From Octopus sinensis (lineage: Eukaryota), in contig NC_043019.1 in the NCBI RefSeq assembly GCF_006345805.1, forward strand, positions 17,359,360 to 17,423,359: 64,000 nt of DNA, written 5' to 3'. Of the stretch, positions 1-12,289 are shown piece after piece. Positions within the stretch are counted from its first letter, which is position 1, and each line of letters starts with the position of its first letter. The notes beneath the pieces were generated by a model that did not search any database, was not told the origin of the DNA, and saw only the letters and a program-made list of their open reading frames with translations. The position numbers and the translations under genes were made by a program.

Positions 1-129
1 ACCAGCCATCTCTTTTGTTTCCCCGAGAATGATCGTTTGTAATAAAAATTCTGAGTGGTGGTTTAATGAATCATCAGCTTCCTCTTAGTCCTGGGTGTAG
101 AAACAAAAGCTGGAAGCAGCAGGGGTGGG

Positions 130-345
130 GGCTTGAAGTTAACTTAACCAAAATGAATTCTAGTAAGCAGGAACACAGATAGGACTCTGTTCCCTTCAGG
201 AAAATGACCTTGCTCAATATGTAGGAAAGGCACAGACAGGATTTCCATATGGTGTACCCAGTGCAAACTATGGACACACAAGAGGTGCAGCAGAATTACA
301 GGAAGACTAATAAAGAAAGTAATGGTTATATGTGGAAGATGCATA
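130..345 (+). mobile_element. RTE-clade LINE remnant (Cys-rich PHD-like segment of ORF2)
   Basis: Translates as LVSRNTDRTLFPSGK*PCSICRKGTDRISIWCTQCKLWTHKRCSRITGRLIKKVMVICGRC. This CxxC/CxxC/HxxC/CxxC pattern follows the RT in some invertebrate RTE elements. Contains a stop and a frameshift. Confidence 0.7.
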
Positions 346-851
346 CCTTGTCTTTATATAAAACAAGCGTATCTTCTCTTTTGTATATCATTGTCTGCAT
401 CAGTGATTTTCAAATGAGCAATAAATTGCTTTTTACTTCTATAACACAAAATATTTTAACAATTTTTTGATACAATTCCTAATAATATTTTATAAAAACA
501 TAATAGGGTATTTTTCAATATCAAATGGCTATGGGGATACATCCAAGTGAAATAGTAATTAAAGGGGTCCATAGATAAAAAATGGTTGAGAAACACTGGC
601 CTATATTACTGAATGTTAGTTGGTTGTGATTTAAGGAAGGTTTGACTGTTATTTCTAGTGGGGTGAGCAACCATTTTTGAAATACCAGTTACTTATGTTA
701 GTGGTTAGGTGTTTTTCTAATGACGTGTATTTAACATAGTTTACTTACTTAACAATATTTAGTTATATGAACCACTAAGAATATTCGGGACAGATTGTGT
801 GAAGTCGTACTGTTGTTGCATGTTGGAATTAGAATTTTATCTTTTGCTGTG

Positions 852-1180
852 TACTCGTTTCAGTCATTAGACTGCAGCCATGCTTGAAGAATTTTAGTTG
901 AAGCCCTAGTACCTGTTCTATTGGTCTCTTTTCTCAAACTGCTAAGTTACGGGGACATAAACATACCAACACTGGTTATGAAGTGGTGGTGAGTGACAAA
1001 TACACACACACACATGCACACAACAGACTTCTTTCAGTTCCTGTCTACCAAATCCACTCACAAGGCTTTGGTTGGCCTGAGGCTATAGTAGAAGACACTT
1101 GCCCAAGGTTCCACACAGTGAGACTGAACCTGGAATGATGTGATTGGGTAGAAAACTTCTTAACACACAGCCATGGCTGC
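852..1180 (-). mobile_element. SINE family A (tRNA head, internal CA/TA microsatellite, CR1-like tail), degraded
   Basis: Similar along its length to the better copies at 18064-18505 and 49105-49551. Confidence 0.85.
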
Positions 1181-1433
1181 ATTTTCTTTCACTGACATTT
1201 TCCAAAGATTTTTGTTAAAATAGATTTTTCAAAGAATATAAAGTTAGTTAATGGAATTAATAGATTCATGAGATTAATACTTGTTTGATAACTATTAATA
1301 GATTAACAACTAGCAATACCTGTGGAAAGTCCACATTTTATAAATGTTTATAGTTGTATTTGATGCATAAATTTGTAGATCTTCATAACGTTGTTCCATT
1401 CTGTTAAAGATCTGGATTATGTCTTTCATACAA

Positions 1434-1655
1434 CCCTTTCATTACCATATTTCTGCTGAAATATACTCCTTTTGTTTCAATTAATTTTTAGAATAATTAA
1501 GAATTTCATAAAATAATTTTGTCATTATTAAGCTGGTGCTTGGAACTTAAATTAGCCTGAAAAGTTTGATGAAAGATTTTAATTTAGATCTCTTTAAAAC
1601 AGGATGTTTGTGTCCTTTAATCAGGGGTGCCTCAGATGGATTGGTAAAAAAAGGG
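1434..1655 (+). mobile_element. TTAA (piggyBac-type) MITE, family M1, older copy
   Basis: CCCTTTCATTACC...AAAAGGG|TTAA; internal similarity to 2044-2264. Confidence 0.7.
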
Positions 1656-1689
1656 TTAAAATGTAACATTGCAGTTTGTTTCATTGTGT

Positions 1690-2030
1690 TAAAGATTTTG
1701 ATTGTCTTTGATTTTGCTGTTAGTGTGTTGGGCTCACAATCACGAGGTAGTGAAGTCAATTCCCAGACCGGGCTGTGTGTTGTGTTCTTGAGCAAGACAC
1801 TTTATTTCACGTTGCTCCAGTTCACTCAGCTGTAGAAATGAGTTGTGACGTCACTGGTGCCAAGCTGTATCAGCCCCTTTGCCTCTCCCTTGGATAACAT
1901 GAGTGGTGTGGAGAGGGGAGGCTGGTAGGCATAAGCTGGTCTTCCACGAACAACTTTGCCCAGACTTGTTCCTTGGAGGGGAACTTTCTAGGTGTAATCT
2001 CATGGTTATTCATGACCAAAGGGGGTCTTT
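1690..2030 (+). mobile_element. SINE family D, 5'-degraded
   Basis: Matches 22656-22993 (GTTGTGTTCTTGAGCAAGACACTTTATTTCAC...GGGGGTCTT). Confidence 0.85.
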
Positions 2031-2043
2031 TAAGTTTGTTTAA

Positions 2044-2264
2044 CCCTTTCGTTACTGCATTTATTTTGAGATGCCCTGTGTTTCTTTGAATTAATTCTAA
2101 ATATAACAAAGAATTTAGTAAAATAACTTTGTTATCATTAAGCTAGTGTTAGGAACATAAATTGTGACTAAGGTTTGGTGGAAGATTTTAATTCAGAACT
2201 TATGAAAACAAAACATTTGTACTCAGAGCCAGAGGCAGTTTCAACCGGGTTGGTAACGAAAGGG
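2044..2264 (+). mobile_element. TTAA (piggyBac-type) MITE, family M1
   Basis: TTAA|CCCTTTCGTTAC...GTAACGAAAGGG|TTAA: perfect 12-bp TIR with TTAA target site on both sides. Confidence 0.92.
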
Positions 2265-3244
2265 TTAAAGCTTGACACTTGATGGAACATATATTGTGTG
2301 AAATAGAATATACATTTTATTGTGTATTAGACTATCTGGGTCATTGATGGTTCAGGTTATGAAACATTGAAGCTGATCTCAACATTGCACTGAAATGAAA
2401 GTTAATTTTATGATGATTCAGTGAAATATTTCAATTCGTTTGTGTCATCATAGGTCTGTTTACAAGTTCGTAAACCAAGCTATTATTTAACTTAGCGGCT
2501 GCGGTTGGAGAAGGGTTATATTATTCTTGTCATTCCTTATTTTCTTAAAGTCTATTCTTGTTGTTTACTGAAGCTCTGTGCTGTGACATTGTGAAAGTTC
2601 GCTTTATTAGAAGCAACTTGCCAAATGACATATCTGTTTAGTTAATACTTAACCTTTTTGTGACTTGTACTTGCAGAGGCATTCACCTGGGAAGGGTCCA
2701 CCATGTCCCCTATGAATGCTGACCTCATCTGACAGTCAGCCTCACATTCCAGCAAGCAAAGTAATGCTTCTACCTGTGACATTAAAATCCAGCTAGCAAA
2801 TTTAATGAATGCCCTGGACTGGGAGAGCAAGTGCATCAGATAGCGCAGATGCTGTAGGCATCGTTCACTGTCGAGGAATAGAGTTCATGTTTGGAGTTTC
2901 AACGAGAATGCATGTTCACATGTGGTTCCCACTCACATGCGTACACACTTTGGAACGGTGCAATCTGTAGCAGCTCATTTTCCTGTTGATTATGAACTCT
3001 TGCAGAGGATTCACTGACCAAGTCAATACTGATTATTGGAGTAAACGTAGCCTTGGTTTGAAGTGGACGATACACATACCTGTTGACTCATAACTAGGGC
3101 TCTAACAGGTGCTACCCTTCTGGGTCAGAATATACTCTGGAACAATAGTGGCTAAAAGGTAGTTCCACATTCCTCAAAACCCTGGTACTTCCATACGAAG
3201 ACCCTGCTATCGGATGCAGTTTAAAGTCTTACTCAGGACAAATT

Positions 3245-3453
3245 CCCTTTTGTTGCCATATTTCTGTTGAAATACACTTTGTTTCAATTTAATTTAGAAA
3301 ACAGTGATGAATTTAGTTAAATAACTTTATCATTTAGCAGGTATTTGGAACATAAATTAATGTGAAACTCAAATGGCTTTAGTTTAGTTCACTTTAAAAC
3401 AAATTTATATCATAGGACCAGGGGTAGTTTCAGGTGGGTTGGTCATAAAAGGA
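3245..3453 (+). mobile_element. TTAA MITE family M1, diverged copy
   Basis: Degenerate CCCTTT...AAAGGA|TTAA ends; internal similarity to 1434-1655. Confidence 0.65.
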
Positions 3454-3869
3454 TTAAAGAGAAATTTTCATTCTTTGACATTGACTTGTCTATGTAAAAT
3501 CTTCTTAAATTACTTTGGATCCCAATCCAGCTGAAACTGCTTCTTATTCTTTGATACAAAATTTCTTGCTTTTATTTTTTATGAACTGTTCATATTTAAA
3601 TTAAAAACCTTCCATCATAATTGCATATGGGAGCTGTTTAAGTTATTATATTCCAAATGCCACTATAACAACAACAAAGTTAATTATTTTCACGAAACCT
3701 CTCTGGTTAAATTGTTTTCAAAATTAATTGAAACACTTTGGCAAAAGATTTTCCCAAACATTTACTTTTGATCTGATTAGGATTTTTGGAAGTTTTTTTT
3801 TTTTTTTTTGTGTCCATATTATTGCTGTTCCTATTTAGTCCCAGGCCAGTGGAAAATTGAGTTTTATAT

Positions 3870-4140
3870 CATTGTGCTGGCCATCCCTTGAGGTTGAGGA
3901 AGATGGTCTTCGTTTTGTTTTTTTCTTTCTCTTATATTATCGATTGATGTCCAATTCTTGCTTGGAAGCTCCTTCCACAAGTGGGACAGGTGGGACAGGT
4001 GGTTTTGGATGGAAGGTCCCTTCTTGGTCTATCTTTTTCTGCCTCCTCTTCTTGCTTGGCAGTCCAAAAAAGTGGCCAGCAAGATGTTACAGAGGATCAA
4101 GCCCTGTACCCATCAAAGAGTGTTCTGTACCATGAAGCTA
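3870..4140 (-). mobile_element. RTE/BovB-like LINE 3' end remnant
   Basis: Minus strand gives TCPTCGRSFQARIGH (RTE C-terminal zinc knuckle, consensus-like CxxCGRxFxARIGL), followed by an RTE-like 3' UTR GACCATCTTCCTCAACCTCAAGGGATGGCCA. Confidence 0.65.
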
Positions 4141-5004
4141 AGTGACCCCTGACTAGAGTTTTATATATGTGTTTATGTGTCTTCGCTTTTATAACATGGT
4201 TGGGTGGGATTTTAGGAAAATTCGGTTCAGTCATATTTTTAAAAGTATGATAGTGTATGATGATAATCAAAATAAGTCTCTTGTTAGCTGACTATTTGGG
4301 CAGAATATTTGGGTTTCAATTCACATTAGTGATTTTCCTTTCAAAGTGTAATGTTTGCATAGAAGAGTTTATGAGAAACGAAAACGATAAAGTTATTTTA
4401 TCAAATCATCAGCAATGTTTGTCATTGTCACATCATCATCATCATCATCATTATCTGTTGTGCTGGCAGGGGTTGAATAATCTTTACTGTCCAAGTCAGC
4501 TATTATTTGGGTTTACTGCCAGATGGTTTGAATGACTGCATTTCAACACCAACTACTCTACACAGTGTACTGGGTGCATTTTTACCATGACATCATCATT
4601 AAATTGTTATGGCAAGTTATAAACACACCCAACCTGGACAGGATAACAGCTGACCTCCTCTCTACCAGTTTGAGGTTTTCTTATTTTGTAGAGAACATTT
4701 TTTTTTACATAATATTTGAATTAATATTTACTTTTCTGATTTATTTTACCTCTATATTGGGTTACAATATAATAAGTTCTACATTTAATATTGTGCACTG
4801 GAGTTTCCAAAATGTTAAGACAAATAGTGTAAGGAAATTTCAGAAATTTCTTTGCTATCTTTATTTTGCATTTGATGTGTCAAATTTCTCTATCGAGACC
4901 TATTTGTCATAAATATGTCATAATCAGTGTTTTTGTCGATGCTTTCAAAACATCCATCCAAAATGACAGGTGAAAAGAAAATAATTATCAGAAAGAAATC
5001 TTAC

Positions 5005-5244
5005 CTGATTACAGTAAGTTTGAAATAGATACCAAACTGCATGGTGAACTTGGTTCATAAATATTAACTGTATTACTGTAAACACCATAGCAACAAGGAT
5101 TCTGTTGCAGTGCAGATATAATGGAATTCCATTCTTTATTTAATCAACTTCTCTGGAATAACTTGGATGGTAATTTATAGCACATTTGTTCATGATGATG
5201 ATGATGTCTTGCTTGTGTTGTCTTTTCTTGGTTGTATTTCTCAG
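5005..5244 (-). other. Candidate spliced host exon (240 nt): probable 5'UTR plus a possible start MVFTVIQLIFMNQVHHAVWYLFQTYCNQ
   Basis: Acceptor CCTTAATGTATTTTCAG|CTG at 5245 and donor CAG|GTAAGA at 5004. Only one frame is open through the donor, starting from GCTATGG at 5088. No recognisable homology. Confidence 0.4.
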
Positions 5245-8169
5245 CTGAAAATACATTAAGGACGTAACAACAATCTCCTCTGATTAGAGGAGTAATGCAA
5301 CTATCTATCAACAAGATATTTGTCTGTGCTCCAATAATTGATTATTCTTGGCAGTCACTGCATTCCCATCGAGATATTATTAGTGCTAAGAAACATTAAC
5401 ATTTCATTTAAGCAAGTGGTCAGCTATTTATTATTATTCTTGGTGTATTTTAAGTGTTTCACATTTCGATTTGTTTCAGTCTTACCATCATCACAAAAGT
5501 TGTTAAAGGAAAACACCCCCCCCCCCCATTAATGTTGTATCTTCTCACAGACTGGGACCAACATCAGAAGAAAAATTAGATAAAAATTGTTGGACTAAGT
5601 GGACCATTCACCAACATTTAGTTAAAGTGTTGTAGATTGTTTTTTAACATTTCTTCGAATGCCATCTGTGGCTTCTGCTTCTCTTGGGTTACATTAATTT
5701 GGCAGATCAATATCGGATTCTTTAATTTGAAGTGTTTGAATTTTTTTTTTCCAATATTATCTTCAGTAAAATTGTTAAAATTTTATTCCAATTGACATCA
5801 ATCGGTAGACCCAGGATGAGAGATTAAGATAGTGTTGTAAGAGGAAACTTGCTACGGGGTGAGTGGACAGCAAGATGAATCTTCAGAGGAAGAACTCTTG
5901 TCCAACAAGTGTTTTAGCCCATTCATTCCTGACACTCTAAAGGAGCAAGGCTTACCTTAATAGTGACTCGTAATTGTCCTGCTGTTATTTAGCTACTACC
6001 TTTAGTGGGTATTGAACATGGAACCTTTGAATGAATATATTGCTCAGCCCTAAAAACTATCGCACAAACTTGTATTGTTTCAAACTGGGCTTCCTTCCTC
6101 CTATATTTACTTTTACTGTATTCTTTTCAGTTCCATCTGTAAATTCTTTTTATTTATAACCACATTGAACTCTTTCCAGCTGTCTTTAACGGCTGTCACT
6201 ATTCTTTTACAAGTGGTTGGCACATATATTCTGCAGCAAACATCCATTCACCAACTTCCACTGCATTTACTGAGCAATGGTACACTTCTTTCATTAGAAC
6301 TTTCACAAGGTCATCATCTTGAATTGTTGTTCTTCTACTCAGCTCTCATAAAGGACTGTCAGCTCAACCAAGATGATTCTGGCACCTTATTTTGACCAAA
6401 GAACAATACCTGTTCTTTGTCCTTTCATACTGATGAAATTTGGATAGTTTTTGTGCCAGTCTGAAAGGTCTGTGCATGTCTAAGTTGATCTTGTCCAGGC
6501 TCCTTATTTGACCCAAACTCCTCCTCCTCCTCTTCCATTACAAACATCAGGGCTGAGTTCATGGCTTCAGATTGCATCTGGCCTCTAAATGAATCAGCTC
6601 CTCTACCATTCTACTTATGTCTCCGTGTGTCTCTGCCTTTGGCAAAGAGCCAACTGGCATGAACTAAGCACAGGCCCCATTGTTTGTGGTTTGTCCTTGC
6701 ACAGAGGATAACCTAGCTCTTCCTCTTTTCCCCCCCATTTCAGAAGGTTGGTCTTCGATAGACAGAAGTCACACATGGCTCATATGATGAAGCTTAACCT
6801 ATGTGTTGCCTTTGCAATGACTCATCTCAATTTCTTCACTGGCTGGTTGAGATTGTTGTGCTGCTTTTGTGTACCTCCTTTTTGACCCCCTCTTTCCTTA
6901 CTTCCTGAATTACCAAGTTTTGACAGTCTCTACACCATTGCATTTTGCAATGGTGTCTAGTCTTTGTCTCGCTGTTTGGATAAGTTCAATTTATTTCTTT
7001 AACTCGTTAGCATTTAGATTATCTGTCAAATGTAATGCTTACTTGTTCACATTTTCTTTTAATTAGGCCTGCATTATCTCACAAGTTTGAGATTTCAATG
7101 GCATGATTGTTTATTTTTACACTGACATTGTAGGGTAGGCATGAAAGGCAGGATCTTCCATGTTCTGCCAGTTTTTAGTGTAGTCTGTAATGATCTTACC
7201 ACTCTATCCTTGGAGCATTCTAACATCTTCTGCAGACTCATTTTCTACTTTATATTCTTCTACAACTGACTTCAGTGGCAACTTCAGTTTTGCCTGTTGG
7301 TAGTATAGGGCAATGTCAGACTTTTGAGGGGGTACACCTAGCCATTTCTAGGTGCCTCCATTACCCCAACTATGGCAATTTTATACATGAGTAACAACTA
7401 CAGGAACATGTTCTGGGCACCACACTTTGTATTTCCTCACCAGTGGGCTACTGGCAATCTTCTCAAGACCTTCATCTACCATTTGAGGGCACTCTTTCAT
7501 CTGTTTGGTGGCTTTCAGAGTCTTGTCATACCATCTCACTAGACTTTTCATATGTGAATTACGTAGTTGTGAAGTAAGAAATTCTAAAAGTGAGGTTAAG
7601 AAATTATTAACACAAACGGACCTCTCCCTGAAGGCTCCCAAATCTCTCTGCCCATACTCCTTGGAATTTCATCCCTTTGAAATTCCTTCCCTGCAACCTT
7701 TAACGTGTATCTTAAGAAGAGAGTCAACTGCATCAATCATGGAGGACTTGCAAAGGGACATTGTATAAAAACATCTTCCTGACCAAACTTTGAATAAGGA
7801 GAGAGAGAGAGAAAGAAAGAAAGAGTTGGGGTGGGGGTAGGTTCTCATTTTTAGTCTTTACTAATACAATTTTATTATTTCTGCAGTTGATTTCTCAGTT
7901 TAGAATAGAAAGCTTCCTGCTCCAGTCTAGCTCTATGTACACTTGCAAAAATTAGGCATTTGGTGATGGTCAAAGATCAAACTGATCAGAATGTTGTCTG
8001 GATGCAATTATGTAAAAAAGTGTTCATCTTCAAAGATGAGGTCACTAATCTGAAAAAGGATAATCTTATTAACTTAACTTTGACATTTAAATATTACAGG
8101 TTGTTCCTCTGTTTCTAAGTTTTATAAATACACTCTTAAACGAGGTGTTCTGTTTAGGTACTCTTTTGC

Positions 8170-8362
8170 ATTTGTTTGCATTCATCATCATCATCACCTG
8201 TTTTCCATGCTGGCATGGGTTGGGCAGTTTGATGGGAGTTGCCAAGTTGGAGAGCTTCACTAGACTCCAATCTGATTTGGCTTGGTTTCTATGGCTGGAT
8301 GCTCTTACTAATGCCAATCACTTTACAGTGTGTGCTGGATGCTTTTAACGTGGCACCACACA
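8170..8362 (-). mobile_element. RTE LINE 3'UTR fragment with (GAT)n tail
   Basis: Same terminal module (TTGGCATTAGTAAGAGCATCCAGCCATAGAAACC...CCATGCCAGCATGGAAA...GATGATGATG) as 37404-38075. Confidence 0.8.
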
Positions 8363-8519
8363 GGACGCTTGCAGGCGACTCCTCCTCATCGGGGGAGCAG
8401 CCTTAACACCTCTCAAACTCTCGACATATATGTTATAGTGTTGTCGTCATCATTTTATCTGCTATGCATGGTGGCATGGGTTGGATGGGTCATCACAATT
8501 CAAGTTACCTCCCATCCTA

Positions 8520-8745
8520 TATAGGTTGTACTAGCATATCTTGCTCATATGTTAATCAACAAGGCCATTATCAAGGACTGGCATGCAGCCTCACTCCCCA
8601 TTGAAGTCAGCTGCTGTGGTTTTCCATCTGCATCAGTGTGCTATTTTCTGCAGAAGGTAAGTCTGGAACCCAGGCAGATGAAGAAAGCCATTGAGGAAAT
8701 AGGCACAGCAGTTGTAGCTCCTGCAGTTTCTGCGTGGATCACAGT
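8520..8745 (+). mobile_element. Restriction-like-endonuclease non-LTR retrotransposon (HERO-like) C-terminal remnant
   Basis: LINKAIIKDWHAASLPIEVSCCGFPSASVCYFLQKVSLEPRQMKKAIEEIG resembles the ...GW....PIEVGCRGF... end of the RLE domain. Confidence 0.6.
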
Positions 8746-8789
8746 GTCTCTGATGTTTATTTCATCCACACACACATATATATATATAA

Positions 8790-9395
8790 GTATGTGTGTG
8801 TATATAATGGCAGGTCAGGTTCGATGTATGCAGCATCGGATCCTACTACTGGTAAACTGTAAACCGGTACAACCTGTGTCAGTAGGGTAGAAAGGGCTCC
8901 TTAGCCGCAGTGAAGGCAATCTGTCTAGGGAGATAACCTTACAACAAATCACTCGGTCCGTAGCTTAGAAATACTGGGTTGATGTCCAGCGGGAACAGCT
9001 TTGTTTCATGGAGGAGGAAAGATCTTCTTTAGTGCTTGGTTGTACAATGCTTTCCAATGTGTGTAGTAGTGGCGCACGCACACATTATTAGCCATTTGAA
9101 AAGACTGTGGAGTTTGCAATTAACTGCACCAGGGTTCCTCTTCCCCAGGGAACCAGACTTAATGGTATACCTGTGGATGTAGGTCCAGCCCCTGCTTTGC
9201 CGGGTCCTGTCTCTGATCACGTTGCCCCTCCAAGGGCATCCAATGATACCAGAAGGCGCACACTCTCCTACTCTGATATAATCTCCAGGGATACAGGCAT
9301 CCAGCAACAGGACCTCCATAGTGCTATGATGGACCGTGAAGTCTGGCGTAACATAGTAAATTCCATTGTCTCGACCACGGTCAAACAATGATGGT
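8790..9395 (+). mobile_element. RTE-derived element: ORF2 C-terminus and (TGA)n tail joined to a probable 5'UTR
   Basis: ~9230-9395 gives TRRRTLSYSDIISRDTGIQQQDLHSAMMDREVWRNIVNSIVSTTVKQ**, the same as 12490-12643. The upstream sequence is unrelated to the ORF. Confidence 0.6.
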
Positions 9396-9869
9396 GAATG
9401 TGTGTATATGTAGGTGTGTATGTGCGCATACACACACACACACATACACTGTAAGTAGGTATGTGCGTATGTATATGATATTATGATGTTCAAACCTCAA
9501 GGGTATGCCCTGGCATTTGCCACCATCGATATCTCTCTCTTCCTTTACTCAACCATCCCATTTTTATTCTGATCCCCATCCCTTGTGAGTATACCTGGCA
9601 CTTTGCCACCATCTCTATTCTGTTGTCTCTCACTCTCTCTCCTCTTGTACTTTCCTCAGGTTGGGTAACCATGAATTTCCTTTCCAGTAGCACACCTGTC
9701 TTCATTCCTGATCTCTCTCTCTCTCTCTCTCTATCTGAGTAACCTTGTACCTCCTCTACAGCAAGACACCTGTTTCTGTCTCACTATAACCTTTCATCAT
9801 CCGACACAATACCACCTCCTCCTATGCCCCGTTCCCTCTCAAAAGAGATTTTATTTTGTCTTGCAAGTA

Positions 9870-10130
9870 TTTTGTGGCCCTGTCAGTGCAGGTGTCACTT
9901 AAAAGCACCCAGTCCACACCGTAAAGTGGTTGGTGTTCGGAAGGGCATCCAGCTGTAAAAACCTTGCCAAAACTGACCTCGCCTGTGCTTGTGCCACATA
10001 AAAAGCACTAATTCCTCTCTGCTGAGTGGTTGGTGTTCGGAAGGGCATCCAGCTGTAAAAATCCTGCAGAAACAGTTACAGAAGTTTGCTGCAGCCTTTT
10101 GCCTGGTCGGCTCGTGTCAGACTGTCCCAC
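9870..10130 (+). mobile_element. RTE LINE 3'UTR fragment with an internal duplication
   Basis: GTGGTTGGTGTTCGGAAGGGCATCCAGCTGTAAAA occurs twice; ends CCATGCCAGCATGGAAGGTGAATGCTAAACGATGATGAT. Confidence 0.8.
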
Positions 10131-10199
10131 CCATGCCAGCATGGAAGGTGAATGCTAAACGATGATGATCATACATATGTGTGTGTATTCATATATGTA

Positions 10200-10720
10200 G
10201 GGGTGTGTGTGTAGGTCTATATATATATGTATGTAGGTCTATATATATATATGTATGTAGGTCTATATATATATATGTATGTAGGTCTATATATATATAT
10301 GTATGTAGGTCTATATATATGTGTGTATGTATGTAGGTCTATATATATGTGTGTATGTATGTAGGTCTATATATATGTGTGTATGTATGTAGGTCTATAT
10401 ATATATATGTATGTAGGTCTATATATATGTGTGTGTATGTATGTAGGTCTATATATATGTATGTATGTAGGTCTATATATATGTGTGTGTATGTATGTAG
10501 GTCTATATATGTGTGTGTATGTATGTAGGTCTATATATATGTATGTGTATGTATGTAGGTCTATATATATATGTATGCATGTATGTCTATATATGTTTAT
10601 GTATGTAGATCTATATATGTTTATGTATGTAGATCTATATATGTGTATGTATGTAGGTCTCTCTATATATATGTGTATTTATGTATGTAGGTCTATATAT
10701 ATATATGTGTGTGTGTGGGT
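10200..10720. repeat. Minisatellite, unit ~22-26 bp GTATGTAGGTCTATATATAT(GT)n
   Basis: About 20 visible tandem units anchored by GTAGGTCTA. Confidence 0.95.
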
Positions 10721-10749
10721 CTAAATTAGACCAATAGAATAAGTGTCGC

Positions 10750-10940
10750 GCTTAATGCTTATCAGCATTTCATCTGTCATTACATTCTGAGTTCAAATCC
10801 CGCTGAGGTCGACTTTACTTTTCATCATTCCTGGGTCAATAAATCGAGTATCAGTTGAGCATTGGAGTTGACATAGTTGACTTACCTCCTCCCCCAGGCT
10901 TACTGGCCTTGTGCCAAAATCTGAAACCAATATTACTGCA
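10750..10940 (+). mobile_element. SINE family C (Nin-domain-like), degraded
   Basis: TTCTGAGTTCAAATCCCGCTGAGGTCGACTTTACTTTTCATC matches 40487-40712. Confidence 0.75.
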
Positions 10941-11083
10941 GGTTGTGATTTTTTCGATGATCATAGATTAATATTTATAGGAAAACCTCTTGACACACTG
11001 CATTGTGTCTCACAAAGACTAATTTCCTACATCTTCTGTTGTCAGTCAAATTTCAAGTCTAACATAAGAATTGGTGCTGGTTA

Positions 11084-11469
11084 TCTCTCTATATATAAAC
11101 GGCAGTTTGTCTGTGCGTGTTTCTGTGTGTCTGTTTGCTTGTACCCTCACCCTGACCACGGCTTTCAACCGATTCTGATGAAACTTGACACACACATAGC
11201 CCAATGTCATAATTCAAAACTAACGCAGCCAAAATTTTGAAAAGTTTCCCCAGTTCTGAAAAAAATCGATAAATTCGACATGGGGTCGAGAATCAGAAAC
11301 ACGAACCACAAACTGTCTAGGGGACGCAACTCCATCCTTTTTTAACTCTCAAAAAAAAATTTACCATCATTTTTTTCCATTTTTTTGCTATTTTTTGGCT
11401 ATAACTCTCTAAAAATGCTTTATAGTTATTTCCCTTACAAATCTGAGCAACGCCGGGCGATACTGCTAG
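11084..11469 (+). mobile_element. Non-autonomous Helitron-like element
   Basis: A|TC 5' start (TCTCTCTATATATAAA), GTCT/GT microsatellite near the 5' end, GC-rich subterminal GAGCAACGCCGGGCGATAC and CTAG|T 3' end; inserted between A and T with no TSD. Confidence 0.7.
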
Positions 11470-11588
11470 TTGCATAATAAAAGGATTTATCAGAGTTGTT
11501 CAAATCTGTGTTGAAAGAGTAAAATGACTTTGTTGGCTTCTAATGACAATATTCTCTGAAAATTTTAGAATTTTCATTTAAATTTAAA

Positions 11589-11799
11589 TACTCTTTTACT
11601 TGTTTCAGTCATTTGACTGTGTCCATGCTGGAGCACCACCTTTAGTTGAGCAAATCGACCCCCAGGACTTATTCTTTGTAAGCTTAGTACTTATTCTATC
11701 AGTCACTTTTGCTGAACCGCTAAGTTACGGAGACATAAACACACCAGCATTGGTTGTCAAGCGATGTTGGGGGAGACAGACACACAAACATATACACAT

Positions 11800-11842
<43 letters not shown>

Positions 11843-12003
11843 CATATATACGACAGGCTTCTTTCAGTTTCCGTCTTCACAAGGCTTTGGTCGGCCTGGG
11901 GCTATAGTAGAAGACACTTGCCCAAGGTGCCATGCAGTGGGACTGAACCCAGTACCATGTGGTTCGTAAGCAAGCTACTTACCACACAGCCACTTCTATG
12001 CCT
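11589..12003 (-). mobile_element. SINE family A, full length
   Basis: tRNA head, (CA)n(TA)n core and (GAGTAAAA)n tail, all on the minus strand. Confidence 0.92.
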
Positions 12004-12289
12004 ATATTGAGAAACAGGAAGAAAAGAGATAATAAAATAAAAGAAAGAAAAAGTGGGGGGGTGTTAAAATAGCAAAATATAGAGGGGTCGGGGTGATGGG
12101 CCACACCCCGCCAAAGCAAATGGTGTACTCAGCTGTTCCCTGCAGTAATGACTGTGATGCTGTTGCCATGGAGAATAGCCAGCAACACTTGCTGTAGCAG
12201 CCACTCCACCCCGTGGGGCTCATTTATTTTCTGGAATGTTCCAGATTTATTGTATCTAATCTTGCCGACAAACTAGCAGAATTCTTTGT

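Noticed and set aside
2640-3240. GC-richer stretch resembling coding sequence
   Set aside because: Stops occur in the frames I examined on both strands and no motif is convincing; possibly a decayed retroelement.
5800-7790. Purine-rich minus-strand segments suggestive of a decayed LINE ORF
   Set aside because: I could not identify any diagnostic motif, so it is left unannotated.
8641-8662. TTTTCTGCAG|AAG|GTAAGT, a 3-nt microexon-like motif
   Set aside because: It lies inside the HERO-like relic (codons YFLQKVS), so chance is the likelier explanation; there is no supporting plus-strand gene nearby.
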